From: an uncultured delta proteobacterium
GTDB taxonomy: Bacteria; Desulfobacterota; Syntrophia; Syntrophales; UBA2185
Assembly (NCBI GenBank): GCA_963729715.1
Contig: CAVSPA010000005.1
Location: forward strand, 32,001 to 96,000
Length of the DNA stretch: 64,000 nt
Reading direction: 5' to 3'
Notes under the pieces: generated by a model
The model's database searches: none
What the model saw: only the letters and a program-made list of their open reading frames with translations
What the model was told of the DNA's origin: nothing
Made by a program: the position numbers and the translations under genes
In this document: piece by piece, positions 9,386 through 19,853 of the stretch
How positions within the stretch are numbered: the stretch's first letter is position 1
How the letters are laid out: each line of letters begins with the position of its first letter

Positions 9386-10082
9386 TATCAAGAACATTGA
9401 TGTTTTTTATGGCGACGTCCAGGTGATCTGGGACGTTTCCTTTAATGTAAGAAAGGGAGAGATAGTAGCCCTCATCGGGGCTAACGGGGCGGGAAAGTCT
9501 ACGACCCTGAAAACTATATCGGGCATATTGAGACCAAAGAACGGCGAAATCCATTTCAATGATATACCGATTCATAAGGTGGAACCTTACAAGCTGATTG
9601 AAATAGGGCTGGTCCATGTGCCGGAGGCAAGAAGGCTCTTCGTGGAAATGTCCGTCGAGGAAAATCTCGACATGGGTTCGTTAAAAGGAGAGGCAAAAAA
9701 GGAGCGTGAAATAACCAAGCAGTTGGTGTTCGACCTCTTTCCAAGACTTCTTGAGAGAAGGAGGCAGCTTGCAGGAACCTTAAGCGGAGGTGAGCAGCAG
9801 ATGCTTGCTATCGGAAGGGGCCTCATGGCAAAGCCGAAACTGCAGATGTTTGACGAACCGTCCCTCGGTCTTTCTCCCATCCTTGTGAAGGATATATTCA
9901 ACGTCATAAAGAGAATAAAGGAAGAAGGAACAACAGTACTGATCGTGGAACAGAACGTAAAACAGACACTCGCCATTGCCGACCGGGCCTACGTCCTGGA
10001 AAACGGAAAGATAGCTCTTCAGGGAACGGGTGCAGAGTTGCTCAGCAACGAGCATGTCCGCACAGCCTACCTCGGTGTTTAG
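9378..10082 (+). CDS. livF: BCAA ABC ATP-binding protein
   Basis: GANGAGKST, LSGGEQQMLAIGR, DEPSLGL, VEQN. Confidence 0.93.
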   Translation: MLDIKNIDVFYGDVQVIWDVSFNVRKGEIVALIGANGAGKSTTLKTISGILRPKNGEIHFNDIPIHKVEPYKLIEIGLVHVPEARRLFVEMSVEENLDMGSLKGEAKKEREITKQLVFDLFPRLLERRRQLAGTLSGGEQQMLAIGRGLMAKPKLQMFDEPSLGLSPILVKDIFNVIKRIKEEGTTVLIVEQNVKQTLAIADRAYVLENGKIALQGTGAELLSNEHVRTAYLGV

Positions 10083-10318
10083 CAGAGTCAGGCCTGACCT
10101 TTTACACTGCCGCAGAAAGATCGCAGTTGCATTGATCCTCCATTTATCTGATCAATCCCCTTGAGTCTAAGACTCCCTTTACTGCGCCGTAGATCAACTC
10201 ACCGAATAATTTACCGGCATTTTCTCAGTAATTATGATATGCACGCAGCGAAGAAATAACCGAAAGCGTCTGCGCCGATGGTAACAGAAGCGGCGGCAGG
10301 AGAATTCAGGGAGAACGT

Positions 10319-10696
10319 ATGGCAAGGAAGAGCAGAAAGAAACAGGCGGCAGTTCCGTATGAGTTTATTCAGGAAGTAAATAAAATGACCAAAGATGAGA
10401 TCGTCAAACGCTTCATCCAGGAGGAGAATGATCTTAGAGCGATGAAAAAGGTCAAAAAGGAGGACGAACAAATCGCTGAGCTCGCTTCTCAGATCAAATA
10501 TAAAGAGGAGAACATCAAAGACAAAATAGACGCCCTCAAAGAGAAGATGAAAGCGATCAGGGAAGAAGACGAAGAGTTCGTGGAGCTCAAGGAAAACAAG
10601 AAAGCCCTCGAAGGAGGCTACCGCGATGAAATGAAGCAGCGCCGAGCCTATCGTGATTACCTATACGAGACAATGCAAAAGATCTATCAGGAATGA
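10319..10696 (+). CDS. Small charged coiled-coil hypothetical protein
   Basis: 125-aa K/E-rich ORF, GGAG RBS, gene-like codon usage. Confidence 0.7.
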   Translation: MARKSRKKQAAVPYEFIQEVNKMTKDEIVKRFIQEENDLRAMKKVKKEDEQIAELASQIKYKEENIKDKIDALKEKMKAIREEDEEFVELKENKKALEGGYRDEMKQRRAYRDYLYETMQKIYQE

Positions 10697-10736
10697 TACT
10701 TTATCAGACACTGCATCTTCCTCGGATATACGTGAT

Positions 10737-11258
10737 ATGAACCTGTCAGATGTCCAATTTCCGCGACAGTTGGAAGCCGATGGCAATGCCGGGGCCATCC
10801 GTCAGGCGCTGATGGCTAGTACCGTGAAGCTCTGGCCCGGCGGTCATCTTGATGTTTCAGTGATCACGATGAGAGACCCGCTGAAAAAAGCACTCCAGAA
10901 GGCCAAGCTCAGGGGGCAGATTCGCTGCGGATTCGAAGCGATCTCAGACAAGCTGGAAAGCGAAAGAAAAGGGATTGCAAATGTCCGGAAGCGCCACAGC
11001 GCCCCTTACGGCGATCGTGTTTCCAGGCTGCTTTTATTCTCCAATGACGGGGCGGAGCGTCTCTACCGGCATATTGAGCATCTTCTGCTGGCGCACGCCC
11101 CCAGACTGTTAGGCTGTCTCCTAAATATCGACGGCATTGCCCTGGGTAATATAATTGCCGGCAAGGACAGGCAGATCAAAATCGTGATGGCGGAGCACAA
11201 GGAGGCCGTTTCTGACACACTACGCGCTATTATTGCCGGTCAAGTAGAGTTCAGGTGA
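10737..11258 (+). CDS. Hypothetical protein with L7Ae/L30e-like pattern
   Basis: ALQKAKLRGQIRCGFEAI...RLLLFSNDGA...LGNII resembles the L7Ae fold. Confidence 0.55.
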   Translation: MNLSDVQFPRQLEADGNAGAIRQALMASTVKLWPGGHLDVSVITMRDPLKKALQKAKLRGQIRCGFEAISDKLESERKGIANVRKRHSAPYGDRVSRLLLFSNDGAERLYRHIEHLLLAHAPRLLGCLLNIDGIALGNIIAGKDRQIKIVMAEHKEAVSDTLRAIIAGQVEFR

Positions 11259-11283
11259 GTTTTTTCGGTTTAGATTTTCTTTT

Positions 11284-12633
11284 TCAGGCGAGCTTTGTCC
11301 TTACTGCGTCGGCAATTATCTCGCAGTGTCTTACTGTTTCCTCTTTTGTAGGGCCTTCAACCATAACGCGGCACATATTCTGCGTTCCCGAATAACGAAC
11401 CAGGACACGGCCTCTGTCTCCCAAAGCATCCTCTGCGCCCTTGATCGCTTTTGCTATCTCCGGCACTGTTGACAAGTCAGGTCTTGCCTTGACGTCTATG
11501 TTTATCAGCATCTGCGGAAATAAGGTCATGACCTTCGCGAGTTCGGAAAGAGGTTTCCCTTCTCTTTTCATCGCGGTCAGCACCTGCAGGGCTGTGATAA
11601 TGCCGTCTCCCGTTGTATGGTGCGGAAGAAAGATCAGATGGCCCGAGTCCTCACCGCCTATTGCCGCACCCCTGGCGCGCATTTCTTCGAGGACGTTCCT
11701 GTCCCCCACATTGGTCATTACGGAATCTATACCCATTTCGTGAAGGGCAATGCCCAGGCCGATGTTGCTCATCACGGTGCGCACGACCAGATTGTTGGTG
11801 AGGGTCCCATCCTTTTTCATCATGCTCGCACAGATGGCAAGGCTCTGATCACCCGTCAAGACCGCACCCTTTTCATCAACGGCAATGAGACGGTCGCCAT
11901 CGCCGTCGAATGCAAATCCGACATCTGCTTTTCTTTTCACGACTTCGTGGACGAGCTTCTCCGGGTGCTGGGACCCGCAGTTGACATTTATGTTGACACC
12001 GTCAGGATGATCAAACAGAGTGGTCACCTGAGCCCCCAGCTCAAAAAAAGTCTCCGGCGCTATTCTGTATGTCGCCCCGTTCGCGCAATCGAGGACAATT
12101 CTCGTTCCCTCGAGGGTATATTCCTTGGGAAAGGTATGCTTCAAAAAAACTATATATCTTCCTCTCGCGTCATCGAGTCGATTCACTTTGCCCAGATCTC
12201 CGGGTGCAGGGCGCTCTTTATGTTTGTCGTTTGCAAATATGAAGTCCTCTATGGCAAGCTCTTTTTCATCGGGAAGCTTGAATCCTTCCGAAGAGAATAT
12301 TTTGATGCCGTTATCTTGAAGGGGATTGTGAGATGCGGATATGACGATACCGGCGTCGGCCCTCATGCTGCTTGTGAGAAAGGCGATGCCCGGCGTGGGC
12401 ATGACGCCGATCATAATGGCATTCACCCCCATGGAGCAGATTCCCGACACGAGGGCGCTCTCAAACATATACCCGGAGATGCGGGTATCTTTTCCAATAA
12501 TGACCTTCGCCACATGACCTTTCTTCTTGAACAGATGGGCCGTAGCGCGGCCTATGTTCAAGGCCATTTCGGCAGTCATCGGATATTCATTGGCAATGCC
12601 CCGTATGCCGTCGGTACCGAAAAGCTTTCCCAA
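11284..12633 (-). CDS. glmM: Phosphoglucosamine mutase
   Basis: LFGTDGIRG, GKDTRISG, ISASHNP, FDGDGDR, GGEDSGH, VRYSGT; TTG start. Confidence 0.96.
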   Translation of the reverse strand: MGKLFGTDGIRGIANEYPMTAEMALNIGRATAHLFKKKGHVAKVIIGKDTRISGYMFESALVSGICSMGVNAIMIGVMPTPGIAFLTSSMRADAGIVISASHNPLQDNGIKIFSSEGFKLPDEKELAIEDFIFANDKHKERPAPGDLGKVNRLDDARGRYIVFLKHTFPKEYTLEGTRIVLDCANGATYRIAPETFFELGAQVTTLFDHPDGVNINVNCGSQHPEKLVHEVVKRKADVGFAFDGDGDRLIAVDEKGAVLTGDQSLAICASMMKKDGTLTNNLVVRTVMSNIGLGIALHEMGIDSVMTNVGDRNVLEEMRARGAAIGGEDSGHLIFLPHHTTGDGIITALQVLTAMKREGKPLSELAKVMTLFPQMLINIDVKARPDLSTVPEIAKAIKGAEDALGDRGRVLVRYSGTQNMCRVMVEGPTKEETVRHCEIIADAVRTKLA

Positions 12634-12747
12634 AGAAGTACTCCTTCAGTTTACGCCGTCAAGACTTGCCCCGGCACAGTGCCTCTCATGACGGTCTTTT
12701 TTCTACAACAATCAAATTTATTTTGCAACAAGGATGCCTCTGTGGTC

Positions 12748-13590
12748 TCATATATGCTGATTGGTGCCGAAGCGCGTCAAGAGAACCGCCCCCAGGCCAA
12801 GGACGATAGCGCATACCTTGACCATCCAGCCCACATAAGGTATCCATCCGATCAACCACAGGATGATAAGCCCCCATATGCTCTCACGCATCATGCTTTG
12901 ATCATTCCTCTTGAGGATAGCAAATAATTTCCTTCCGACAAGCTGTGAAACCGAAATGAAACCGATAAGTGCTGCGCAGAGAACAATGGTCATTTCGAGG
13001 GGAATCAGGACTATACCGATAACCGAAATCGCCAGCAGCACTGCCAATGGGACAATCAACACCAACCCGCCAAGGCCCCACACAGTAGCCTTGAAGGGCT
13101 TCTCCTTGATGGCTGCCGAAACCAGACACACCGGCTTCGGAATCAGAAGCACGGTCACGATGGTAATGATCAGGAGGCCGAGAAAAATGGATATGGAGAT
13201 AATGGCAAATATCCACGACCACCCCTCCCATTCTTCGCTGAGGGCATTTGTCACGGCTTGAGAGATATCATTGGAATTGATCTCCCTAACACTGCCATGG
13301 ACTTCTGCGCCCCTCCCCCTGACAATGATCCCTCCGAGGCAAAAGATGTTCCCGCCGACGACGGCCGTGTTTGCAAGGACTACTGACCCTCCGATGGCCG
13401 TAACGTGATTTTCAACGGTGCCTTCCACGGTAATCTGTCCGCCCACGACCACGACATTATTAACCTTCGTGCCTTCTTCAACCGTGAGATCGCTCCCGAT
13501 CTTCACGACGCTCGGACTTTCGGCCCCGGCTGTTGTCGCCGAACAAAAGACGATAACGAGAATCAGAAAGAGCACTGTCTTCTTTTTCAT
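12748..13590 (-). CDS. Membrane protein with beta-helical polymer-forming (bactofilin-like) N-terminal domain
   Basis: Signal peptide; VVVGG.ITVEG.V...V.AIGGSV repeats; 4-5 TM helices ending WIPYVGW. Confidence 0.75.
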   Translation of the reverse strand: MKKKTVLFLILVIVFCSATTAGAESPSVVKIGSDLTVEEGTKVNNVVVVGGQITVEGTVENHVTAIGGSVVLANTAVVGGNIFCLGGIIVRGRGAEVHGSVREINSNDISQAVTNALSEEWEGWSWIFAIISISIFLGLLIITIVTVLLIPKPVCLVSAAIKEKPFKATVWGLGGLVLIVPLAVLLAISVIGIVLIPLEMTIVLCAALIGFISVSQLVGRKLFAILKRNDQSMMRESIWGLIILWLIGWIPYVGWMVKVCAIVLGLGAVLLTRFGTNQHI

Positions 13591-13656
13591 ATCTTTTCCT
13601 TCACGGCTCTATGGATCTTAATATGTCTGCTAAACACCATTTACTGCCCCGGTCCT

Positions 13657-14298
13657 TTATGACAATCGTTTGCGGCTGCGAAAATACTCAATGACCATGG
13701 GAAGTACAGATACTACGATAATGGCAAAGATGACAAGAGTGAAATTACGCCGGACAGCAGGCAGATTGCCGAAATAATAGCCGCCAAGGATGAACAACGC
13801 AACCCAGACAACGCTTCCGACGATATTGTATATGAGGAAACGCAGGTATGACATTTTCCCGATGCCTGCGACGAAAGGCGCAAATGTGCGGATAATCGGT
13901 ATGAATCTCGCAATGACTATCGTTTCCCCTCCGTGCTTTTCATAGAAATCATGGGTGCGGTCAAGATATTCCTTGTTCAGAAAACGGGCGTTGTCCTTAT
14001 GAAAAACTTTCGGACCAACAAATTTTCCTACGGCATAGTTAACCATATTTCCTGCTACGGCGGCGATTGCGAGAAGGACCAGAAGCCATTGAATCTGGAG
14101 CAATCCCAGAGCGGCAAAAGTGCCGAGCCCAAACAGTAGAGAATCTCCGGGCAAGAAGGGTGTTACGACAAGGCCTGTTTCACAGAATATGACGAGGAAG
14201 AAAATGAAATAAGTCCAACCGCCAAAGAACTGAATGATGGAAGCGAGATGCCGGTCAAGGTGAATGAAGAAATCTGCAAAATTGATAATCAGTTCCAT
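13657..14298 (-). CDS. dedA: DedA family membrane protein
   Basis: FCETGLVVTPFLPGDSLLF; ARFIPIIRTFAPFVAG. Confidence 0.95.
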   Translation of the reverse strand: MELIINFADFFIHLDRHLASIIQFFGGWTYFIFFLVIFCETGLVVTPFLPGDSLLFGLGTFAALGLLQIQWLLVLLAIAAVAGNMVNYAVGKFVGPKVFHKDNARFLNKEYLDRTHDFYEKHGGETIVIARFIPIIRTFAPFVAGIGKMSYLRFLIYNIVGSVVWVALFILGGYYFGNLPAVRRNFTLVIFAIIVVSVLPMVIEYFRSRKRLS

Positions 14299-14511
14299 TT
14301 ACTTTATCTAAAAAACCATGATTGCTATGTGCAAGATATCTGTTTGAGTAGTATATAAAAGAATTTGCCATGTCAACAACAAAGAAGGTCCATGCATAAG
14401 CAAGTGCTTACATCTTTTTGTGCGCTCGCTTTTTTAATTGATATTTGCTCCGTTCATGTAATAGACTTTTCTAAAGAAGAAGATTGCCATTCTCGTAAAG
14501 AGGCCCGGGAA

Positions 14512-14862
14512 ATGCACGAACTGTCTGTAACAGAAAGTATCCTTAAAATCGTTCTTAAGCACGCCCAAGAGAATGGAGCCGAAAAGGTTCTCACGATCAG
14601 CCTTAAGATAGGCGATCTCAGTGAACTTGTCGGTGAGTGCATCCAGCACTACTTTGATTATCTGAGTAAAGGCACCATCGCGGAAGGGGCGGTTCTCGAG
14701 ATTGAAAGAGCGCCCATAGTATTTGACTGCACGGAATGCAAGCATACCTTCCAGGTATCTCTCAGTGACACGAAAGATTTCACGTGCCCGGAATGTCATG
14801 GGGCCAAGGTCACGCTGGTTTCCGGCCGTGAATTTTATATCAAGGACATAACGATCTCGTAA
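14512..14862 (+). CDS. hypA: Hydrogenase nickel metallochaperone
   Basis: MHELS; two CxxC; SGREFYI. Confidence 0.95.
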   Translation: MHELSVTESILKIVLKHAQENGAEKVLTISLKIGDLSELVGECIQHYFDYLSKGTIAEGAVLEIERAPIVFDCTECKHTFQVSLSDTKDFTCPECHGAKVTLVSGREFYIKDITIS

Positions 14863-14876
14863 TAAGGAGCGATATA

Positions 14877-15557
14877 ATGGCAGACATACGCCTGATTGAA
14901 ATCAAGGAAGACATCCTTTCCGATAATAAAGACCTTGCCGATGAGATCAGGGATATGCTCAGAAGGCAAAAAGTTTTCATGCTGAATCTGATGGCTTCAC
15001 CTGGCGGCGGAAAAACGAGCCTCATCATAAACACGATCCGCAGAATGAAAGGCGCTTTCAAAATCGCAGTGATCGAGGGCGACATAGATTCCGTGGTCGA
15101 TGCGGAGAAGGTCGTCAAAGAAGGAATCCCGGCAGTCCAGCTGAAGACGGGGGGGTTTTGTCATCTCGACGCCTCCATGATCAAGCTGGCCCTCAACGAA
15201 ATAGATTTAAGAGGTCTCGATCTCGTCATCATTGAGAATATCGGAAATCTCGTTTGCCCCGCCGAATTTGATACGGGCTCCCATAAGCAGGCGATGATCC
15301 TCAGTGTCCCTGAGGGCGATGACAAGCCTCTCAAGTATCCCATGATGTTCAGCGTATGCGATGTCCTCGTAATCAATAAAATAGATTATCTCGGTATCGC
15401 CGATTTTGACATGAATGCCGCAAAGGAACGCGTCGTCAAACTAAATCCCGCAATCAAGGTCATCGATGTTTCGTGCAAAACGGGAGAAGGCATAGAAGAG
15501 TGGACACGCTGGTTGGAAAAAGAAATAAAGACTTACCGGAATTCGACTGCCCCTTGA
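14877..15557 (+). CDS. hypB: Hydrogenase nickel incorporation GTPase
   Basis: SPGGGKT, CHLDA, ENIGNLVCPAEFD, EGDDKPLKYP, NKID. Confidence 0.96.
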   Translation: MADIRLIEIKEDILSDNKDLADEIRDMLRRQKVFMLNLMASPGGGKTSLIINTIRRMKGAFKIAVIEGDIDSVVDAEKVVKEGIPAVQLKTGGFCHLDASMIKLALNEIDLRGLDLVIIENIGNLVCPAEFDTGSHKQAMILSVPEGDDKPLKYPMMFSVCDVLVINKIDYLGIADFDMNAAKERVVKLNPAIKVIDVSCKTGEGIEEWTRWLEKEIKTYRNSTAP

Positions 15558-16039
15558 TGACAACGCTGTTATAGCGGACATCGCCGTAATGAATTTATCA
15601 AACATGCACTGAGCCTGCTTCTTCGCAGATTGTTCTGTCTGCCGCTTCTAAGGCCTTTTGGTGCTCGTTGCGCAAATTTTATTTCATCGTCGATCATGAC
15701 ACACCTTATTTTTTGTTCTCCGAACTTCGCATCCGTCAAAAAAAATTTGCAAAATTAAAAAAAGTCCTTGAAAAATTCGTTAAAATTTCTTATGAAGGTG
15801 TTAACATACAATATAGAAACGAGGCGAGATTAAAAGGCAGCCCAACAGGTAACACTGCAAGACTCCATACCACAGGCTTTCCGACGTCCGTGGAACTTGT
15901 TAGGGCATAGAACAATTGCACTGTCGATTTCCGGGAGCAAAAACCATATCCCGTTTTAGGCGGGCGCTGGGTTTGACTTCTAAAAATATGAAGTATCGTT
16001 TGTTGCTCCACGTGAACCTGTAGAAGGAGGTAGTGCATT

Positions 16040-17098
16040 ATGCCGTTAGCCAGAGCTCGCACCGATCTTCCGGTCCTATTGCTTCACAATATCGATCAGG
16101 CATGGGATCCCGCCGATATAGATATCACACTTAGGGAAGTCGCAGATCTTGAATCAGCCATAGAAGAGCAGGGGCATCCTGTCACCAACGTGCCTGTCTT
16201 CAACCATGATCTCAGTTCGTACCTCAGCGCCTATGACCCTGACCGGCATATCGTCTTCAACTGGTGCGAAGAGATCCCCGGTGTAGCGAACAGCGAAGCG
16301 CTCGCTGCGGAAACGCTCGAGGACTTGGATTTCACATACACGGGCGCAACGCCGGAAGTGCTGCGTTTCTGTTGGGACAAAGAGATGGTCAAGCGCCTGT
16401 TGGAAAGAGCCGGCGTACCGACGCCGCGCTGGCGTATTTATGATTCCCTGAAGATCGATGACTGGGGCTGTTTTCCGGCAATTGTGAAGCCGTCTCGGGA
16501 ACACTGCAGTCATGGGGTAACTACGGATGCCGTCGTTGCCTCGCCTCATGAACTGAAGAATCGGGTCGCTTATATCCTCGACACATTCCGTCAACCCGCT
16601 CTCGTTGAGGACTTCATCGACGGCCGCGAATTTCACGTTTCCCTCTGGGGCAACGGCAGCGTCCGGATGCTGCCGCCGGCCGAAATGGACTTCGCCCTCT
16701 TCGACGACGTGCGTGACCGTCTCTGCACCTACGATTCCAAGTTCATGCCCGGCTCATCCCACTACGTGAAAATCGGTCTGCAATTGCCTGCGCCCCTCGA
16801 TGAGGCCGAGTACGAACGACTCAAGAAGACAAGTATCCTGGCATACAAGACCAGCGGCTGCCGCGACTATGCCCGGCTTGACATCAGGCTTCGGGATGGT
16901 ATTTTTTATGTCCTTGATGTTAATCCCAATTCCGATATCAGCGCCGAAGCCAGTATGGCGTGTGCCGCCGAATATGCGGGCTATTCTCATGGGGAGATGA
17001 TCAGCCATATCATCAACCTTGCCGCCAAGCGTCATCCTATCTTCAGAAAACGCCCTGCAAGAGCAGCAGCGTTATCACAATCTTATCAATACGCGTAG
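16040..17098 (+). CDS. D-Ala-D-Ala ligase-like ATP-grasp protein
   Basis: VFNWCE, YTGA, IVKP..EHCS.G, EDFIDGREF, ARLDIRL, DVNPN; AGGAGG RBS. Confidence 0.85.
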   Translation: MPLARARTDLPVLLLHNIDQAWDPADIDITLREVADLESAIEEQGHPVTNVPVFNHDLSSYLSAYDPDRHIVFNWCEEIPGVANSEALAAETLEDLDFTYTGATPEVLRFCWDKEMVKRLLERAGVPTPRWRIYDSLKIDDWGCFPAIVKPSREHCSHGVTTDAVVASPHELKNRVAYILDTFRQPALVEDFIDGREFHVSLWGNGSVRMLPPAEMDFALFDDVRDRLCTYDSKFMPGSSHYVKIGLQLPAPLDEAEYERLKKTSILAYKTSGCRDYARLDIRLRDGIFYVLDVNPNSDISAEASMACAAEYAGYSHGEMISHIINLAAKRHPIFRKRPARAAALSQSYQYA

Positions 17099-17250
17099 CT
17101 TTCCCTTCCTGCTTTCATCAACCGTCCTCACATGACACGCATCTTGTTCATCCCCCATCTGATCTGCCGCAAGAGCGTCCTCATCGTTTGCAATCTTAGT
17201 TTCGGGCCGCCTCCGCCCATTCCATTTATCCCCCGCTGATCTTATCCAGT

Positions 17251-17282
17251 CCCGTCTTCCACAGGCGGACGGGCTTTTTTCT
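17251..17282 (+). terminator. Intrinsic terminator
   Basis: CCCGTC..GACGGG stem followed by T run. Confidence 0.6.
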
Positions 17283-17513
17283 TGACATGCAAAAGACTTG
17301 TTCCTATACTTGGTTCGCCAATAAAACCACCCGTCCCGACTAATATGCCGAATTCCTGCACAAAATTCGGGAAGATGGATTGACAGAAAAAGCGCCGTGT
17401 TCCGGGAGAGTGCATTGCGTTTCCTCCTGTCGGTTAGTCTTTGGTCTTTGTTTGAGCTTGTTTTTTGATCCCTTGTAACCTCTTCTAACATGGGAGGCGG
17501 GGAAGGGAAATGG

Positions 17514-19673
17514 ATGGAAAAGAAAGTGGCAGACATAATGCAGCCTGATACCCGCTATTCCCAAGTATTCAATACCGTGCTCTGGAAAGATATCCAGGAT
17601 AGAATCTCCAGGGCTTTAGGCGTCAGCATAAAGGTAGTGAGCGAAGACGGATCAATCAATATCCCGGAAAGCAACTTTTCCGCCGTATGCGAGCTTCTGA
17701 AAACCTCAGAAAAAGCCGCCGCCCTTTGCGCGGATTTCAAATGTAAAAACATGAATGAAGAAACCGGCGCCGTCAAGTGCAATACGTGCGGCTTCTCGCA
17801 CCTCTGCATCACGGCGGACTGCTTTGGAAAAAAAATGTTTATCATGGTCGGACTCTGTGCGGACCCTTCATGGAGCAAAACAGGTCTGAAGAAAATAAGC
17901 CGCGATTACGGGATCGACTACGTGATGCTCAAGGCCGCGTATGAGAAATCGACGTTTCTCGCGCCGCACAAGATAAGAGAACTGGCTGACTTAATCATGC
18001 ACCTTTTCAACGTGACAGTCGAGCTTGCCCTACAGCAGTACGTCACCGAGAAGGTAACCAGGGAAAAGGAAGAAGAACTTGCCAAGATGACGGCATTGAT
18101 GGAGATAAGCATAGTAATAAACTCCACGCGCTACCTGAAGCAGCTGTTGAAGATTGTCATGCAGTCCGCCGAGCGTGTCATGCAGGCAGAAGCAAGCTCC
18201 GTATTCCTCATTGACCGTCAGACAGACGAGCTTTACTTTGAAGTCGCCACAGGCCCGAAAGAAGAGGAAGTCAAGAAGATCAGGCTGAAGAAGGGCGAAG
18301 GTATCGCCGGTTGGGTGGCCTCTACCGGGTTGTCGCTGCTTGTGCCGGATGTGTCAAAAGACCCGCGTTTTGCCAGACGCGTGGATGCGGAAACACATTT
18401 CATCACCCGATCAATCCTCTGCGTGCCGCTCAAAGTGCGAAACCAGACAATAGGCGTGGTCCAGGTAGTAAACAGATTGGGCGCGGCGAGCTTCTCGGAA
18501 AGCGAGATAAAATTCCTGGAGGCACTGGCGTCGCAGGCTGCCATAGCCATTGAGAACACGAACCTGTATGAACATCTCGAAGAGCGCGCTGAACAGTTGA
18601 ACAAAGAATTGAAGAAGGTCAACATAACCCTGGCAATAGAAAAGCAGCGTATCGAATCCATAGTGCAGAGCATGGAAGATGCGGTTATTGCCGTTGACCG
18701 GGAAAATAAAATAGTCATGGCAAACAGACTCGCCGAAAAGGTGTTCTCGATAAGATCAGAGCAGGTGATAAACAAAGCCATCAGGGAAAGCATTTCGAAC
18801 AGAGAGGTTATAGACAATTTCTCGAAGGTCTCAAGGTCAAAGAGTTCCCTGCGCGAAGAGGTAGTATTCAAGATAGGAGGGAGGGAGCATACATTCGCTG
18901 CTGTGTTCGCGCCCATAATAGACGAATTGGGAGAGACGGCAGGAACGGTCGCGGTGTTCAGGGACATCACAGAGTCAAAAGAAATTGACAGGATGAAGAC
19001 CGACTTCTTAAACATGGTCTCGCATGAGCTCCGGACGCCTCTGACACCGATACAGGCCTATAGCGAGCTGATAATGATGAGGAACCTCGACGCGGAGAAG
19101 ATCAAGAGCTATGCAGGCATCATAAACAAAGAGACCCTGCGTCTGGGCGCGCTCATAGGCGACCTGCTTGACCTGTCGAGGATAGACGCGGGAAAGGGCC
19201 TGAGTATCTCCCCGGAGGAAGTAGACTTCAGGGAGCTTTTAAACACTGTATACAATACGTTCAAGAGCGCTTCGGCCAAGCACAGAATATCTCTCACGGC
19301 GCCCGAGAAGGCCGAGAAGATAACGGTCGACAGAAATAAGATAATACAAGTCATGAGCAACCTCCTTTCGAACGCCGTCAAATATTCACCGGATGGCGGT
19401 GATATTCACATCACCATGGAAGACAGGAACAACAGAATTTATATTTCGGTCTCTGACGAGGGCCTCGGAATGCCGACGGACGCGCTGCCAATAATATTTG
19501 AAAAGTTCTATAGAGTGGACAACCCCGCCGTGAAGAAGATCGGGGGCACAGGCATAGGACTCTCGATAGTTAAGTACATCGTGGAATTGCATGACGGCGG
19601 CATAACAGTGGAAAGCGAAGAGGGAAAAGGAAGCAAGTTCACTTTCTTCATTCCAAAGGCAAGAACAGCGTAG
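17514..19673 (+). CDS. Sensor histidine kinase (PocR-like, GAF, PAS, HisKA, HATPase)
   Basis: Cys-rich PocR-type N-terminus; GEGIAGWV GAF; SHELRTPL; NLLSNAVKY, D.GLG, FEKFYR, GTGIGL; start uncertain. Confidence 0.9.
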   Translation: MEKKVADIMQPDTRYSQVFNTVLWKDIQDRISRALGVSIKVVSEDGSINIPESNFSAVCELLKTSEKAAALCADFKCKNMNEETGAVKCNTCGFSHLCITADCFGKKMFIMVGLCADPSWSKTGLKKISRDYGIDYVMLKAAYEKSTFLAPHKIRELADLIMHLFNVTVELALQQYVTEKVTREKEEELAKMTALMEISIVINSTRYLKQLLKIVMQSAERVMQAEASSVFLIDRQTDELYFEVATGPKEEEVKKIRLKKGEGIAGWVASTGLSLLVPDVSKDPRFARRVDAETHFITRSILCVPLKVRNQTIGVVQVVNRLGAASFSESEIKFLEALASQAAIAIENTNLYEHLEERAEQLNKELKKVNITLAIEKQRIESIVQSMEDAVIAVDRENKIVMANRLAEKVFSIRSEQVINKAIRESISNREVIDNFSKVSRSKSSLREEVVFKIGGREHTFAAVFAPIIDELGETAGTVAVFRDITESKEIDRMKTDFLNMVSHELRTPLTPIQAYSELIMMRNLDAEKIKSYAGIINKETLRLGALIGDLLDLSRIDAGKGLSISPEEVDFRELLNTVYNTFKSASAKHRISLTAPEKAEKITVDRNKIIQVMSNLLSNAVKYSPDGGDIHITMEDRNNRIYISVSDEGLGMPTDALPIIFEKFYRVDNPAVKKIGGTGIGLSIVKYIVELHDGGITVESEEGKGSKFTFFIPKARTA

Positions 19674-19853
19674 TTCGCCCTCGCTGTAAGGCTCGTCCAT
19701 ATCTCGGCGCCGGCCGGCGCTCAGTCCCATCCCCCCGCCACGAGAGCACATTTTGCGATTCCCGGAATTTCTCTCAATTGATATTCTTAAGTCCTCAAGG
19801 CTCTCATCAATACTCTCGCATAACATTGATATTCAAAGATCACATACAGCCAA

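Noticed and set aside
11617..12927. 436-aa plus-strand ORF
   Set aside because: Antisense to glmM, with no recognisable motifs
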